A stretch of DNA of 31,158 bases, from positions 1-31,158 of the forward strand of contig CBDBIJ010000076.1 in the NCBI GenBank assembly GCA_965205655.1, read 5' to 3'. Numbering within the stretch: the stretch's first letter is position 1; each line of letters opens with the position of its first letter. A program made the translations under genes and the position numbers. Positions 19,350 to 28,943 of this stretch are shown here, one piece after another. The stretch is from Candidatus Latescibacterota bacterium. GTDB lineage: Bacteria > Latescibacterota > UBA2968 > UBA8231. The notes beneath the pieces were generated by a model. It was given only the letters and a program-made list of their open reading frames with translations, ran no database searches and had not been told where the DNA came from.

Positions 19350-19644
19350 CGCATTCGAGGTGCTCGAAGCAGAGAACGGCAAGAAGGCGCTGGACGTTGT
19401 GCAGGAGGAAGAGCTGGACCTGGTGATCACAGACCTCAAGATGCCGGAAATGGACGGACCGCAACTGCTGCAGGCTCTGCGAGCGCAACACCCCGACCTG
19501 CAGGTCATCGCCGTTTCCGGATACATGGATGCTGATGAGGTCAGGGCCAACTACGATTTCGATGGTTTTGCTGAGAAACCGTTCGCGCTGCAGCAGTTCC
19601 AGGATTTGGTCAACTCGCACATGGCAAAAACCTCAGAGTCATAA
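19282..19644 (+). pseudogene. 3' part of the disrupted regulator: a complete receiver (REC) domain
   Basis: VLIVDDE, DLVITDLKMPEMDG, VSG, KPF. Joining 17319-17936 to 19282-19644 gives an in-frame 326-aa gene. Confidence 0.88.
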
Positions 19645-19682
19645 GTCGAGCGATCGCCCAATACCTTCTACGTATTCGCTAC

Positions 19683-20534
19683 GTGTTCGGAACAGACTGG
19701 CTGCGCTCCCTATCCCGGCACCCTCTGGCCCTGGTGGGATCCATTATCGTCGCCGGGCTGTTAACCGCATCACTTCTGGCGCCGATCCTGGCGCCCCATG
19801 ATCCCGTCGAGCAGCGACTGTACGAGAGGTTGCAGGCCCCGTCTGTGGCCAACCCGATGGGAACCGACGAGTTCGGTCGCGACATCCTGAGCCGGGTCAT
19901 CTACGGCGCTCGCATCTCCATGAGGATCGGTCTGATCTGTATCGCCATCGCCGTCGGGATTGGCGCGCCCCTCGGTCTGATTGCCGGCTACTTCGGCGGC
20001 CTGGCAGAAACACTCATCATGCGCCTGGTCGACGTCATGCTGGCCTTTCCCAGCATCTTGTTGGCCATCGCCATCGTCGCCATCATCGGCCCCGGCATCG
20101 ACAAGGTCATGGTTGCGGTGAGTATCGTGCTGGTGCCACAGTTCGCTCGCCTCGTTCGGGCCTCGACGCTCTCAGTGCGCGAAATGACGCATGTCGAGGC
20201 AGCCAGAGCCCTGGGGGCCACAGACGCCCGCATCGTCGTCTTCAGCGTTCTACCCAACTGTCTCGGCCCTCTCATTGTGCAGACGAGCCTGAGCCTGGCC
20301 ACCGCCATTCTCGACGCCGCGGGACTGAGCTTTCTGGGTCTGGGGGCGCAACCCCCAACTCCGGAGTGGGGTGCCATGCTCAGCAGCGGCCGCGAGCTGT
20401 TGCTGACGGCACCATGGGTAATGACATTTCCAGGTCTGGCCATCTTCCTTGTCGCCCTCGGCTTTAATCTCGTGGGCGACGGGTTGCGGGATGCCCTCGA
20501 CCCCAAGCGCATGACCGTGCGAATTCCACTGTGA
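19683..20534 (+). CDS. dppC: Peptide/nickel ABC transporter permease (DppC/OppC type); start uncertain
   Basis: GTDEFGRDILSRVIYGAR, EAARALGA (EAA loop), LSFLGLGAQPPTPEWG, GDGLRDALDP. Confidence 0.9.
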   Translation: MFGTDWLRSLSRHPLALVGSIIVAGLLTASLLAPILAPHDPVEQRLYERLQAPSVANPMGTDEFGRDILSRVIYGARISMRIGLICIAIAVGIGAPLGLIAGYFGGLAETLIMRLVDVMLAFPSILLAIAIVAIIGPGIDKVMVAVSIVLVPQFARLVRASTLSVREMTHVEAARALGATDARIVVFSVLPNCLGPLIVQTSLSLATAILDAAGLSFLGLGAQPPTPEWGAMLSSGRELLLTAPWVMTFPGLAIFLVALGFNLVGDGLRDALDPKRMTVRIPL

Positions 20535-22489
20535 TCGCCCACCGCAACGCTCATCCACTAAGCCACGCTCGCCACATCGCCACTCTCATAGGAGTCTGGC
20601 TGCTCGTGGTATCGACGGGGTGCGCCGTACTACACCCCGACGCCAGGGAGCGCAGACGGGAGGTAGAGGAGGACCCGCACGAACGTCAGCGACGGGCCAT
20701 GCAGTACTTCGTCAATGCAAAGACCTACGAAGCTCAGAAGAATTACCTGGGTGCCATCGTCGCACTGCGCAGTGCCGCCGACCTCGATCCGTCGTCCGCG
20801 ACCGTTTTCAGGCTGCTGGCGCGCAACTACGAGCGCATCGGCGACTATGACATGTCCATCCACTTCGCCCGCAAGGCGCTGAGCCTCGAACCAGATAACA
20901 CGGATCTGAGATACGATTTGGTCCGCTGGCTGGAGACCAGGGGCGAGAGGGAAGGGGCCGCCCACGAGCTGGAGGTGCTGCTCGAATACGACTCGGATGT
21001 CTGGCCACTCTACTCGCAGCTGGCCAACATCTATCTGGAGACCGGTGCGGAAAAGAAAATCTCCGATCTGTTCTCGGGCTTGTTGAAGCATCCCGAACTG
21101 CCCGCGGATGTGAAGACGAATGCCGCCTACGTGCTGGCGCGCTCTGGCAACCACGCGCAGGCTAAGTCCGTTTTTCAGGAAGTACTGGCCGACGATCCCA
21201 CGGCGGAAGATGCATGGCTCGGTCTGGCGGAGTTGGCGCTGTCGCGTGGCGAACGCGACATGGGCATGAGCTACCTGCGGCGGGCGGCCAGGCAACTTCC
21301 GGATAGCCAGCTGGTGATGTACGAGCTGGCGCGACTGCTGGTGACTTCGATGGATGTGGAAATGCTGCTACAGGAGGAAGACGCGGCCTTTCTATACCGC
21401 CTCGGAGTGTCGCTGTCCGAGCTGAAAAAATTTTCCCTTGCAGCCACCGTATTCGAGAGAATCGTGGGCCTGAAACCGACGACGGTCGAGGGCTGGCTGG
21501 AACCGATTCGTTACTACATCCACGTGGATGAGTTTGCCAGGGCCGAAGAGCTCCTTCAAAGTGCCACCAAAGCCATGCCCGACAGCGTCGATCTGTATCT
21601 ATTCTGGGCTGGGGCTCTAGAAAAGGCGGAGCGCTACGACGAGGCCATGGCACGGTATGAGGAAGGGGTTCGACGTGTGCCGCACAAGGCGGTGCTGTAT
21701 CTGCTGTGGGGGTTTGCGCTCGAAGAGCGGCAGCGATGGGCGGATGCGATAGAGATCTACAAGCGAGGTCTCGAAGCCACGGATTCAGATGCCGAGCTCT
21801 ACACCCGATGGGGGATCTCCCTGGGGCGGCAGCAACGATGGCAGGAAGCGGTCTCGCGCTACCGAAAAGCGGCGGAGGTGGCGGCGGCCGACTCGACTCT
21901 CAGCGACGCCCTCCTGCATTGGGGAATCGCGCTCGAAAAGCTGGAACGCTGGGAGCGCGCAGTCGACAGACTCACCGAGGCAGCCCGACTCAACAAAGAC
22001 GACAGCCTGTCTCTCTTCTACCTCGGAGGCTGCCTGGAGAGAGCGTCCAGGGCGCTCGAGGACACCATCTTCCTGTCGCGTTCGATCGAGACATTCAAGC
22101 ACCTCATCGACATCAGTCCGAACGACAGCTACGCACTCAACTACCTGGGGTACATGTACGCGGAGAGAGGGATCCACCTGAATGAGGCGGTTGCGCTACT
22201 CACCAAAGCGGTTGCTCTGGATCCCGTGAACGGCGCCTTCTTTGACAGCCTCGGATGGGCCTACTTCAGGCTCGGGGAATTCGAGCGGGCAGAGCAGTAT
22301 CTGGACAAAGCCCTGGATCAGCTGGATGGCCACGAATCCGAGGAGCAGGCCACCATATACGATCACGCCGGCGATATCGCCCAGGCGCTGGGAAAGTCTG
22401 ACGCGGCGATACAGCACTGGCGCCGAGCGCTCGACCTGGTCCCCGACAACGAGGAAGTACGGCGCAAGCTGGGCCAAACGCTACCGTGA
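20531..22489 (+). CDS. Tetratricopeptide-repeat lipoprotein
   Basis: Lipobox-like VSTGC, many TPR units, ALNYLGYMYAE and DSLGWAYF motifs. 4-bp overlap with dppC. Confidence 0.88.
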   Translation: MIAHRNAHPLSHARHIATLIGVWLLVVSTGCAVLHPDARERRREVEEDPHERQRRAMQYFVNAKTYEAQKNYLGAIVALRSAADLDPSSATVFRLLARNYERIGDYDMSIHFARKALSLEPDNTDLRYDLVRWLETRGEREGAAHELEVLLEYDSDVWPLYSQLANIYLETGAEKKISDLFSGLLKHPELPADVKTNAAYVLARSGNHAQAKSVFQEVLADDPTAEDAWLGLAELALSRGERDMGMSYLRRAARQLPDSQLVMYELARLLVTSMDVEMLLQEEDAAFLYRLGVSLSELKKFSLAATVFERIVGLKPTTVEGWLEPIRYYIHVDEFARAEELLQSATKAMPDSVDLYLFWAGALEKAERYDEAMARYEEGVRRVPHKAVLYLLWGFALEERQRWADAIEIYKRGLEATDSDAELYTRWGISLGRQQRWQEAVSRYRKAAEVAAADSTLSDALLHWGIALEKLERWERAVDRLTEAARLNKDDSLSLFYLGGCLERASRALEDTIFLSRSIETFKHLIDISPNDSYALNYLGYMYAERGIHLNEAVALLTKAVALDPVNGAFFDSLGWAYFRLGEFERAEQYLDKALDQLDGHESEEQATIYDHAGDIAQALGKSDAAIQHWRRALDLVPDNEEVRRKLGQTLP

Positions 22490-23382
22490 CTTTCGTGCGA
22501 GCGCGGTTTTTCCTGCTGCTGGCCGGACTGAGTCTCGTGGGGTGGGGATACGGGTGCGCGTCGAGGGATCTGGTGCGGCACGACTGGGATCGTCGCGATG
22601 GGGTCGCCCAGCTGCTGCGCCTCTCCGACGTCGGCCTCGAGCACATGGACGATCTAACCGCCGAGGCCAGGATCACCTTCACCAATAGCGAGACCCGGCG
22701 CAGCGCCACAGCTTCGATAATGTACGCGCGGCCGGACCTGTTTCGCATCGACGTGCGAGGCCCGCTGTTCAGCCACATACTCACAGCGGTAGTGTGGGGA
22801 GACTCACTCACTGTCCTGTCCGGCGGGCAGGCGTGGAGCGGGATCCTGTCCGATCGCATGCTAACCGAGCTGACCGATTTCGACGTGGGTCCCTACGACA
22901 TCCGCTATGCCCTGCTGGGCCTCGTGCGACCGGGCCGCGTTCGCCAGGACCGCGAGATGGTGTATCCGCGGGCGGATCGCGCCGTGGCGGAGTTAGCTGG
23001 GGAAAACGGCGTACGTCGCTGGGTTTGGGTAGACCTTCACCGCGGCTTCGTGTCGAGGGAAGAGGTCATGTGGGAAGGAGGCGACGGCTGGAGCCGCGAC
23101 CTCAGGGATTACCGGCAGCTCGGCTCTGGCGATGAAAGACTCTACCTGCCATCGAGGATCGACATCCGACAGAGGGACATCGAGATCGACCTGCACTACC
23201 GAAGCTACGCCGTCAACACCGGCCTCGGGAAGTCGACGTTCTTTCGAGGGATTCCCCCGTCAATCGTATCTGATCCGTGGATCGAGCCAGGCGTAGAGCA
23301 CGTCAACGAGCAGGTTGATGAGAACGAACAGCGTGGCCAGAAGAATGACGCCGCCCTGAACCGCGCGGAAGTCCCGCGCTAA
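22486..23382 (+). CDS. Lipoprotein, LolA/LolB-fold-like (DUF4292-like)
   Basis: Signal peptide ending GYGC, plus RPDLFRIDVRGPLF and LPSRIDI. Coupled to the TPR gene. The last 123 bp overlap convergent dppB. Confidence 0.6.
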   Translation: MTFVRARFFLLLAGLSLVGWGYGCASRDLVRHDWDRRDGVAQLLRLSDVGLEHMDDLTAEARITFTNSETRRSATASIMYARPDLFRIDVRGPLFSHILTAVVWGDSLTVLSGGQAWSGILSDRMLTELTDFDVGPYDIRYALLGLVRPGRVRQDREMVYPRADRAVAELAGENGVRRWVWVDLHRGFVSREEVMWEGGDGWSRDLRDYRQLGSGDERLYLPSRIDIRQRDIEIDLHYRSYAVNTGLGKSTFFRGIPPSIVSDPWIEPGVEHVNEQVDENEQRGQKNDAALNRAEVPR

Positions 23383-24264
23383 AACGGCCAGGAAGAGCCA
23401 CCGTCCCAGCCCGGGCCAGTCGAACACGGTTTCGGTGATAATCGCTCCGCCCAGAAGATAGCCGAACTCCAGACCGATAACCGTCAACGTGGGAATCAAG
23501 GCGTTCCTCACCGCGTGGCGGAGCACGACGAGGCGCTCCGGCAGCCCTTTCGACCAGGCCGTGCGGATGTAGTCCTCACCGAGCACTTCGAGCAGGCTCG
23601 CCCGGGTCATGCGGGCGATGACGGCGAGGGGAATCGTTCCCAGCGTCACCGCCGGCAGCGCCAGGTGGCGGGCGATGTCGGTAAACGTCTTCCATTCCCC
23701 GGTCAATGCCGCATCGAGCAGGTAGAAATGGGTGAGTGGCTCGAAGTCAATGTGCGGCGCCATCCTTCCCGAGATCGGAAGGAGTGGGAGTTGGACCGCG
23801 AACAAAAGGATGAGCACGAGGGCGAGCCAGAACACGGGCATGGAGATGCCCGAAGTGGCAAGCACCATGCACACCAGGTCCACAATTCGTCCGCGCCTGA
23901 CCGCCGCCAGCAGGCCGAGCCCGACGCCGCCCACAATAGCGAAGGCCATGCTGGCCATGGTGAGCTCGAAGGTGGCGGGAAAGCGCTGCAGGATTTCCGT
24001 GCTCACCCGCTCATGGGTGCGGATCGACCGACCAAAGTCCCCCCCGATCAAGTCTGAAAAGAACCGGCCGAACTGCACGTAGAAGGGCTGGTCCAGCCCC
24101 ATGTCCTGGCGCAGCGCCGCTACCGTTTCGGCATCCGCCCGTTCGCCCAGCATGATCTGCGCCGGATCGCCGGGAACCAGGTAGATCATCAGGAAGGCGA
24201 GCACGGAGATCCCCGCCAGCGTCGGCACGAGCAGGAGAATCCGTCGGAGGACGAAGGTGAACAC
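23260..24264 (-). CDS. dppB: Peptide ABC transporter permease (DppB/OppB type)
   Basis: VPGDPA, GLDQP, GDFGRS, FPATFEL, DYIRTAWSKGL, ETVFDWPGLG, LDPRIRY. Confidence 0.92.
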   Translation of the reverse strand: MFTFVLRRILLLVPTLAGISVLAFLMIYLVPGDPAQIMLGERADAETVAALRQDMGLDQPFYVQFGRFFSDLIGGDFGRSIRTHERVSTEILQRFPATFELTMASMAFAIVGGVGLGLLAAVRRGRIVDLVCMVLATSGISMPVFWLALVLILLFAVQLPLLPISGRMAPHIDFEPLTHFYLLDAALTGEWKTFTDIARHLALPAVTLGTIPLAVIARMTRASLLEVLGEDYIRTAWSKGLPERLVVLRHAVRNALIPTLTVIGLEFGYLLGGAIITETVFDWPGLGRWLFLAVLARDFRAVQGGVILLATLFVLINLLVDVLYAWLDPRIRYD

Positions 24265-24301
24265 GAACTATTGAGGGATGAGTGCCCCGTTCAACAAAGC
24301 A

Positions 24302-25900
24302 CTATTGAAGCGAGACGCGGTGGAACCACTTGCTGCCGGTGGGGTGGAGGTTGAAGCCGCTTACATTTCTTCGAAAGGCGACGGTCTGAGTCGCATGGAC
24401 GAGCGGCACCCAGGGGACATCCCGGTGAATGATCTCCTGGGCCTTTCGATACATGGCGGACCGCTGCGACTGGTCGACGACAGTGCGGGCCTCGACGAGA
24501 ATTTCGTGAAGGGCATCGCTGCGATAGAAGGCAACGTTCTGGGCCGGCTTCTCGGCGGCGGTCTTGTCGAGCAGGACGTAAAGAAAATTATCGGGATCGC
24601 CGTTGTCGCCGGTCCAGCCAAGCAGGCACATCGGGTGCTCACCGTTGGACACCTTGTCGAGGTAGGTGCCCCATTCCCACTGAACGATGCCGGCTTCGAT
24701 CCCCACCTTGGCCAGGTCGGCCTGAATGGCCTGAGCTATTCTGTCTGGTTGCGGCATGTAGGGCCGCGGCACCGGCATGGCCCACAGCTCAGTCTCGAAA
24801 CCGTCGGCGAATCCAGCCTCGTCCAGTAGGACCTTCGCCCTTTCAGGATCATAGGGATAGGGTTCGATGTCGTCGTTGTAGCCCCACAGAGTCGGTGGCA
24901 ACGGGTTCTTCGCCGGCTCGGCCAATCCCCTGTAGAAATTGTCGACGAGAGAGCGCTTGTCGATAGCGTGGTTGAGAGCCAGTCGCACGAGCCGGTTGTC
25001 GAAAGGCGGTCTCTCCATGTTCATGGCGAGATAGCCCACGTTCATCCCGGGCTGGGTCAGCAGCTGCAGCCCGTCATCAGCACGAACTTCATCGATAAAT
25101 TCGGGACTCAGATTGTCGAGTCCGTGGATGGCTCCGCCGCGCAGCTCGAGGAAGCGCACCGAGGCGTCGTGAATCGGCTTGAAGATGAGGCGCTGCAACG
25201 ACGGCGCCGGTCCCCAGTAGTCCTCGTTGCGGGCGAGCACGAGGCGCTCGTCCACGCGCCATTCGACGAGGCGGAACGGTCCGGTGCCCACCGGGTTCTT
25301 GAAGTAATCAGGGCCGTGCTGTCGAACCGCCTCGGGAGAAACGGCGGCGCAGAAATTCATCCCGAGGGTCGACAGGAGGGTCGCGTTCGGCTCGCGCAGA
25401 TCGATGACGAAGGTGGAATCATTCGGGGCCTCCAGCCGCGAGATGATAGAGTCCATGCCCATGTCCTTCCAGTACTTGAAGGCTCCCTCAACGTTGTGCT
25501 GCGGGTGATCCTCATAAAACTGTCGTCCCAGGGAAAAGAGCATGGCGTCGGCATTGAACGGCGTGCCGTCGTGAAAGCGGACATCGCGGCGTAGGTCGAA
25601 GGTCCAGGTGAGTTCGTCCTCCGAGGTCTCCCAGCTCGTGGCCAGCTGCGGCCTCACCGCCGTGGTTTCGACCTCGTAGGTGACGAGGTTTTCGTAGATG
25701 TTGTCGCATACCTTGAAGGACTCGCCGTCGTTTTCGAGGGCGGGATCGAGGCCGACGGAATCGGATCCTCGACCGAAAACGAGGACGGAAGCGCTGTGCC
25801 CGCCGCCCGAATCTTCAGTCTGGGAGGTACACGAGAGGAAGAAGAGGCACGAGCCGGCGACAAGCCTGAGGGAAACGGGGAAAGCGCACCGCGTGAACAC
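24302..25900 (-). CDS. dppA: Peptide ABC transporter substrate-binding lipoprotein (family 5, DppA-like)
   Basis: Lipobox FLSC, LDPA, VRFHDGTPFNAD, PVGTGPF, RPYMPQP, GWTGDNGDPDNF. Confidence 0.92.
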   Translation of the reverse strand: MFTRCAFPVSLRLVAGSCLFFLSCTSQTEDSGGGHSASVLVFGRGSDSVGLDPALENDGESFKVCDNIYENLVTYEVETTAVRPQLATSWETSEDELTWTFDLRRDVRFHDGTPFNADAMLFSLGRQFYEDHPQHNVEGAFKYWKDMGMDSIISRLEAPNDSTFVIDLREPNATLLSTLGMNFCAAVSPEAVRQHGPDYFKNPVGTGPFRLVEWRVDERLVLARNEDYWGPAPSLQRLIFKPIHDASVRFLELRGGAIHGLDNLSPEFIDEVRADDGLQLLTQPGMNVGYLAMNMERPPFDNRLVRLALNHAIDKRSLVDNFYRGLAEPAKNPLPPTLWGYNDDIEPYPYDPERAKVLLDEAGFADGFETELWAMPVPRPYMPQPDRIAQAIQADLAKVGIEAGIVQWEWGTYLDKVSNGEHPMCLLGWTGDNGDPDNFLYVLLDKTAAEKPAQNVAFYRSDALHEILVEARTVVDQSQRSAMYRKAQEIIHRDVPWVPLVHATQTVAFRRNVSGFNLHPTGSKWFHRVSLQ

Positions 25901-25910
25901 AGTCCCTCAT

Positions 25911-26654
25911 TCACTTTCCGCTGCCGACCGCCGAGGCGGCGGCAGCTGCGGCGATCGAGTCTGCAGCGGCGGCGGCCGCCATCCGTTGCAAGACGAGGTC
26001 GCGGGACTCGCGGTGCATAAGCCGAAGCCACATCGTCATGGAACTGAGATCGGTCGTCTTGTCGGCGCCATGAAAGAGCCTGAGCCAGCGCTTGACAGCA
26101 CCCTTGTTGTCGGGACTGGTGGGTGCCGGAAACTGCGTGTTAGAGGTGGGGTAGAGCATGCGCGCGTCGTGGGCGTAGATCCAGGCCTGCCGACCGTTGG
26201 AGACGTCGTGCAGATAGAAGCGCCCGCCCGTCCAGGTGGTGCTGCGGGTGTAGAGGCCGATGCGTTTACCCCAGAGGATGAACTGATCTTCGAAGGTGAG
26301 CGGATAGAGCCCCAGATGACGATCGCGAAAGCGCTCGGGATCGTAGCGCACGACGAGATCGTAGACGAAGGTGGTGTCGAAGGTATCGTCGCGAACGAGC
26401 GCCACATCGGTGATGATCTGGAGAAACGCTTTCTCCCGGGGGCCTGCGAGGGCGGCCTTCAAAACGCCGCCGGCAGCTTCCATCTCATCAGGAGTGAGCC
26501 CCTGGGGCAGGCCGACGGCGGGAGGAGGATGGGCAGCCCACACCCAAAACGCGGCGACGAGCACGGCGGCACCGGAACAGCGGCTGTTGGCGGCTGGTCG
26601 ACAGGAGGGGCTCCCAGCGACGGATGACATCAGCCTCGCCGCGATTGACTCCAT
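25911..26654 (-). CDS. Hypothetical protein, probably exported
   Basis: Fills the gap in a minus-strand gene run. ATG at 26654 with GGAG upstream, hydrophobic N-terminal stretch, Ala-rich tail. Confidence 0.65.
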   Translation of the reverse strand: MESIAARLMSSVAGSPSCRPAANSRCSGAAVLVAAFWVWAAHPPPAVGLPQGLTPDEMEAAGGVLKAALAGPREKAFLQIITDVALVRDDTFDTTFVYDLVVRYDPERFRDRHLGLYPLTFEDQFILWGKRIGLYTRSTTWTGGRFYLHDVSNGRQAWIYAHDARMLYPTSNTQFPAPTSPDNKGAVKRWLRLFHGADKTTDLSSMTMWLRLMHRESRDLVLQRMAAAAAADSIAAAAAASAVGSGK

Positions 26655-26659
26655 CGTCT

Positions 26660-27652
26660 CTACTCCGCAAAGGCGGCGTCGAAGGCGGCTCCCGAAGGGT
26701 CGAAGTCGACTTCCCGCACAAAAGCACAGGCCTCCGTGGCGCCGTGTTCGCGGTCCATGCCGCTGTCTTCCCACTCCACCGATAACGGCCCCTGGTAGCC
26801 GATGCGATTCAACGCCCGAATAATCTCCTCAAAATCGATGTTGCCGCGTCCAAGCGAGCGGAAGTCCCAGTAGCGCCGACGATCGCCAAAAGACAAATGT
26901 CCCCCGAAGACACCTGCTTCGGTGGGCGTCAGCGACCAGCCGACGTCCTTCATGTGGACGTGAAAGATGCGGTCCCCAAAGCGGTAGATGAATTCCACGT
27001 AGTCGACGCCTTGATAGCCGAGGTGGCTCGGGTCGTAGTTGAAGCCGAAGGCGGGATGGCCGTCGAGGGCATCGATGGCAAGCTCTGTGGAGGCGATGTC
27101 GAAGGCGATTTCGGTGGGGTGGACCTCGAGGCCGAAACGGATTCCGAGTTTCTTGAATTCATCCATGATGGGCGTAAACCGGCGACCGAAATCGGCGAAT
27201 CCCTCATCGATCATCTCCTGGGGCGTCGGTGGAAATGAGTAGAGTAGATGCCAGATTGAGCTGCCAGTAAAGCCGTTTACGACGCCGACACCGATCCGTT
27301 TGGCCGCCTCGGCAGTGGCCACAAGCTCGTCCGCAGCTCGCTGGCGAACTCCCTCCGGATCGCCGTCACCCCACACGTAATCGGGGAGTATGTCCCGGTG
27401 CCGGGCGTCGATGTTGTCGCATACCGCTTGTCCTACTAGATGCGCAGAGATTGAGTAGAGTGACAGGTCGTGCTTTTCGAGCTGCTCGCGCTTTGCTTGG
27501 CAGTAAGCGTCGTCTGCCTTGCCCACCTCCATGTGATCGCCCCAGCAGCAGAGCTCAAGGCCGTCGTAGCCGAAAGAGGCGGCTTTCTCGCACATCGTTT
27601 CGGTGTCGAGGTCAGCCCACTGACCGGTGCATAGAGTTACGGGACGAGCCAT
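26660..27652 (-). CDS. Sugar phosphate isomerase/epimerase (xylose isomerase-like TIM barrel)
   Basis: GYDGLEL, LEVHP, YDPSH, HVHMKD and LSVEWED metal-binding motifs. Confidence 0.9.
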   Translation of the reverse strand: MARPVTLCTGQWADLDTETMCEKAASFGYDGLELCCWGDHMEVGKADDAYCQAKREQLEKHDLSLYSISAHLVGQAVCDNIDARHRDILPDYVWGDGDPEGVRQRAADELVATAEAAKRIGVGVVNGFTGSSIWHLLYSFPPTPQEMIDEGFADFGRRFTPIMDEFKKLGIRFGLEVHPTEIAFDIASTELAIDALDGHPAFGFNYDPSHLGYQGVDYVEFIYRFGDRIFHVHMKDVGWSLTPTEAGVFGGHLSFGDRRRYWDFRSLGRGNIDFEEIIRALNRIGYQGPLSVEWEDSGMDREHGATEACAFVREVDFDPSGAAFDAAFAE

Positions 27653-27671
27653 CGTTCAGTCTCCTTGAAAA

Positions 27672-28856
27672 CTAAATCTCTCGAATCTTTATCCAACTAC
27701 GCTCTTTTGCAGAAAGCGTTGCCGCTTCGAGTACGGCCTGGGCCTTGACGCCGTCCTCGAAATCGGGATGCAGCCCCGGCTTCTTCTTCCTTGATGCCAC
27801 CGCCTGCATGAGATCGTACACCTCGTGAATGAAGGTGTGCTCCCAGCCGATGGTGTGCCCAGGTGGCCACCAGGCTTCCATGTACGGGTGAGCGCCGGGC
27901 TCGGTGACGATGATCTCCCGGAAGCCCTGCAGGTGATCGGGGTCGCCGCGATCGTAGTACTGCAGCTCATTCAGCTTTTCCAGGTTGAAGGCGAGGGAGC
28001 CGCGACTGCCGTTGATTTCGAATCTGCTGTGATTCCGGCGTCCCGCGGCGAAACGGGTCGCCTCGAACGAGCCGAGGGCTCCGCTCTTGAAGCGGGCGAG
28101 GAACAGGCAGGCATCGTCGACGGTGACGCGCCCCTTCTTGCGGCTGCGGCGGCCGGAGGCTCCCAGAGCCGCATCGATCTCCTCGACGACGGGACGCTCC
28201 TTTATGAACGTTGCGTCCATGCCGACCACCTCGCTTATGTCGCCCAGCAGGTAGTGGGCCAGATCGACGATGTGGGCGTTGAGATCGCCGTGCGGCCCGG
28301 AGCCGGCTTTGCTCTTCTGCAACCGCCAGACGAGAGGGAAGTCCGGATCGATGATCCAGTCCTGCAGGTAGACGGCGCGCCAGTGGTAAATCTGCCCGAG
28401 GCGCCCTTCCAGTAGGATCTGTTTCGCCAGGGCGACAGCGGGCACGCGGCGGTAGTTGTAGGCGACCATGTGACGAACCCCGGCTTTCTTCGCCGCCGCG
28501 AGCATGGCGCGGGCGTCGGCGAGTGTGTTGGCCAGGGGCTTTTCGCAGAATACGTGCTTGCCGTTCTCGGCGGCGGCTATAGCGATATCGGGATGAGTGT
28601 CACCCGGCGTCGAGACATCGACGAGGTCGATGTCATCACGTTTGACGAGCGTTTTCCAACTCGTCTCGGATGATTCCCAGCCGAACTGACGTGCCGCGGC
28701 CTCGACGCCGGCGCGATTGCGACCGCAGATCGCCTTCATGACAGGTGCGGCCCGGGCCCCCGGAAAGAAGAACCCCATGTCCTTGTAAGCGTGACTGTGG
28801 GCCTTGCCCATGAACTGATACCCCACGAGACCCACATTGATCTCCACCCGTGCCAT
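27672..28856 (-). CDS. Gfo/Idh/MocA-family NAD-dependent oxidoreductase
   Basis: GLVGYQFMGKAHS, HVFCEKPLA, YNYRRVPA, GDLNAHIVD. ATG at 28856 follows GAGGT. Confidence 0.92.
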   Translation of the reverse strand: MARVEINVGLVGYQFMGKAHSHAYKDMGFFFPGARAAPVMKAICGRNRAGVEAAARQFGWESSETSWKTLVKRDDIDLVDVSTPGDTHPDIAIAAAENGKHVFCEKPLANTLADARAMLAAAKKAGVRHMVAYNYRRVPAVALAKQILLEGRLGQIYHWRAVYLQDWIIDPDFPLVWRLQKSKAGSGPHGDLNAHIVDLAHYLLGDISEVVGMDATFIKERPVVEEIDAALGASGRRSRKKGRVTVDDACLFLARFKSGALGSFEATRFAAGRRNHSRFEINGSRGSLAFNLEKLNELQYYDRGDPDHLQGFREIIVTEPGAHPYMEAWWPPGHTIGWEHTFIHEVYDLMQAVASRKKKPGLHPDFEDGVKAQAVLEAATLSAKERSWIKIREI

Positions 28857-28907
28857 ACGCGACCTCACTGACTGCGGAAACTGATGCTATGCGGACGTCG
28901 AGCCCAA

Positions 28908-28937
28908 TATCTAGGGGCCGCACCATTGCAGTGTCAA
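28908..28937 (-). promoter_or_regulatory. Possible sigma-70 promoter for the oxidoreductase operon
   Basis: TTGACA-N18-TAGATA on the minus strand. The -35 is perfect; the -10 is imperfect. Confidence 0.35.
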
Positions 28938-28943
28938 TAGGCG

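Noticed and set aside
26655..26774. Longer ORF-track starts for 25911-26774 and 28944-29924
   Set aside because: They overlap the upstream genes, and downstream ATGs with SD motifs exist at 26654 and 29774.
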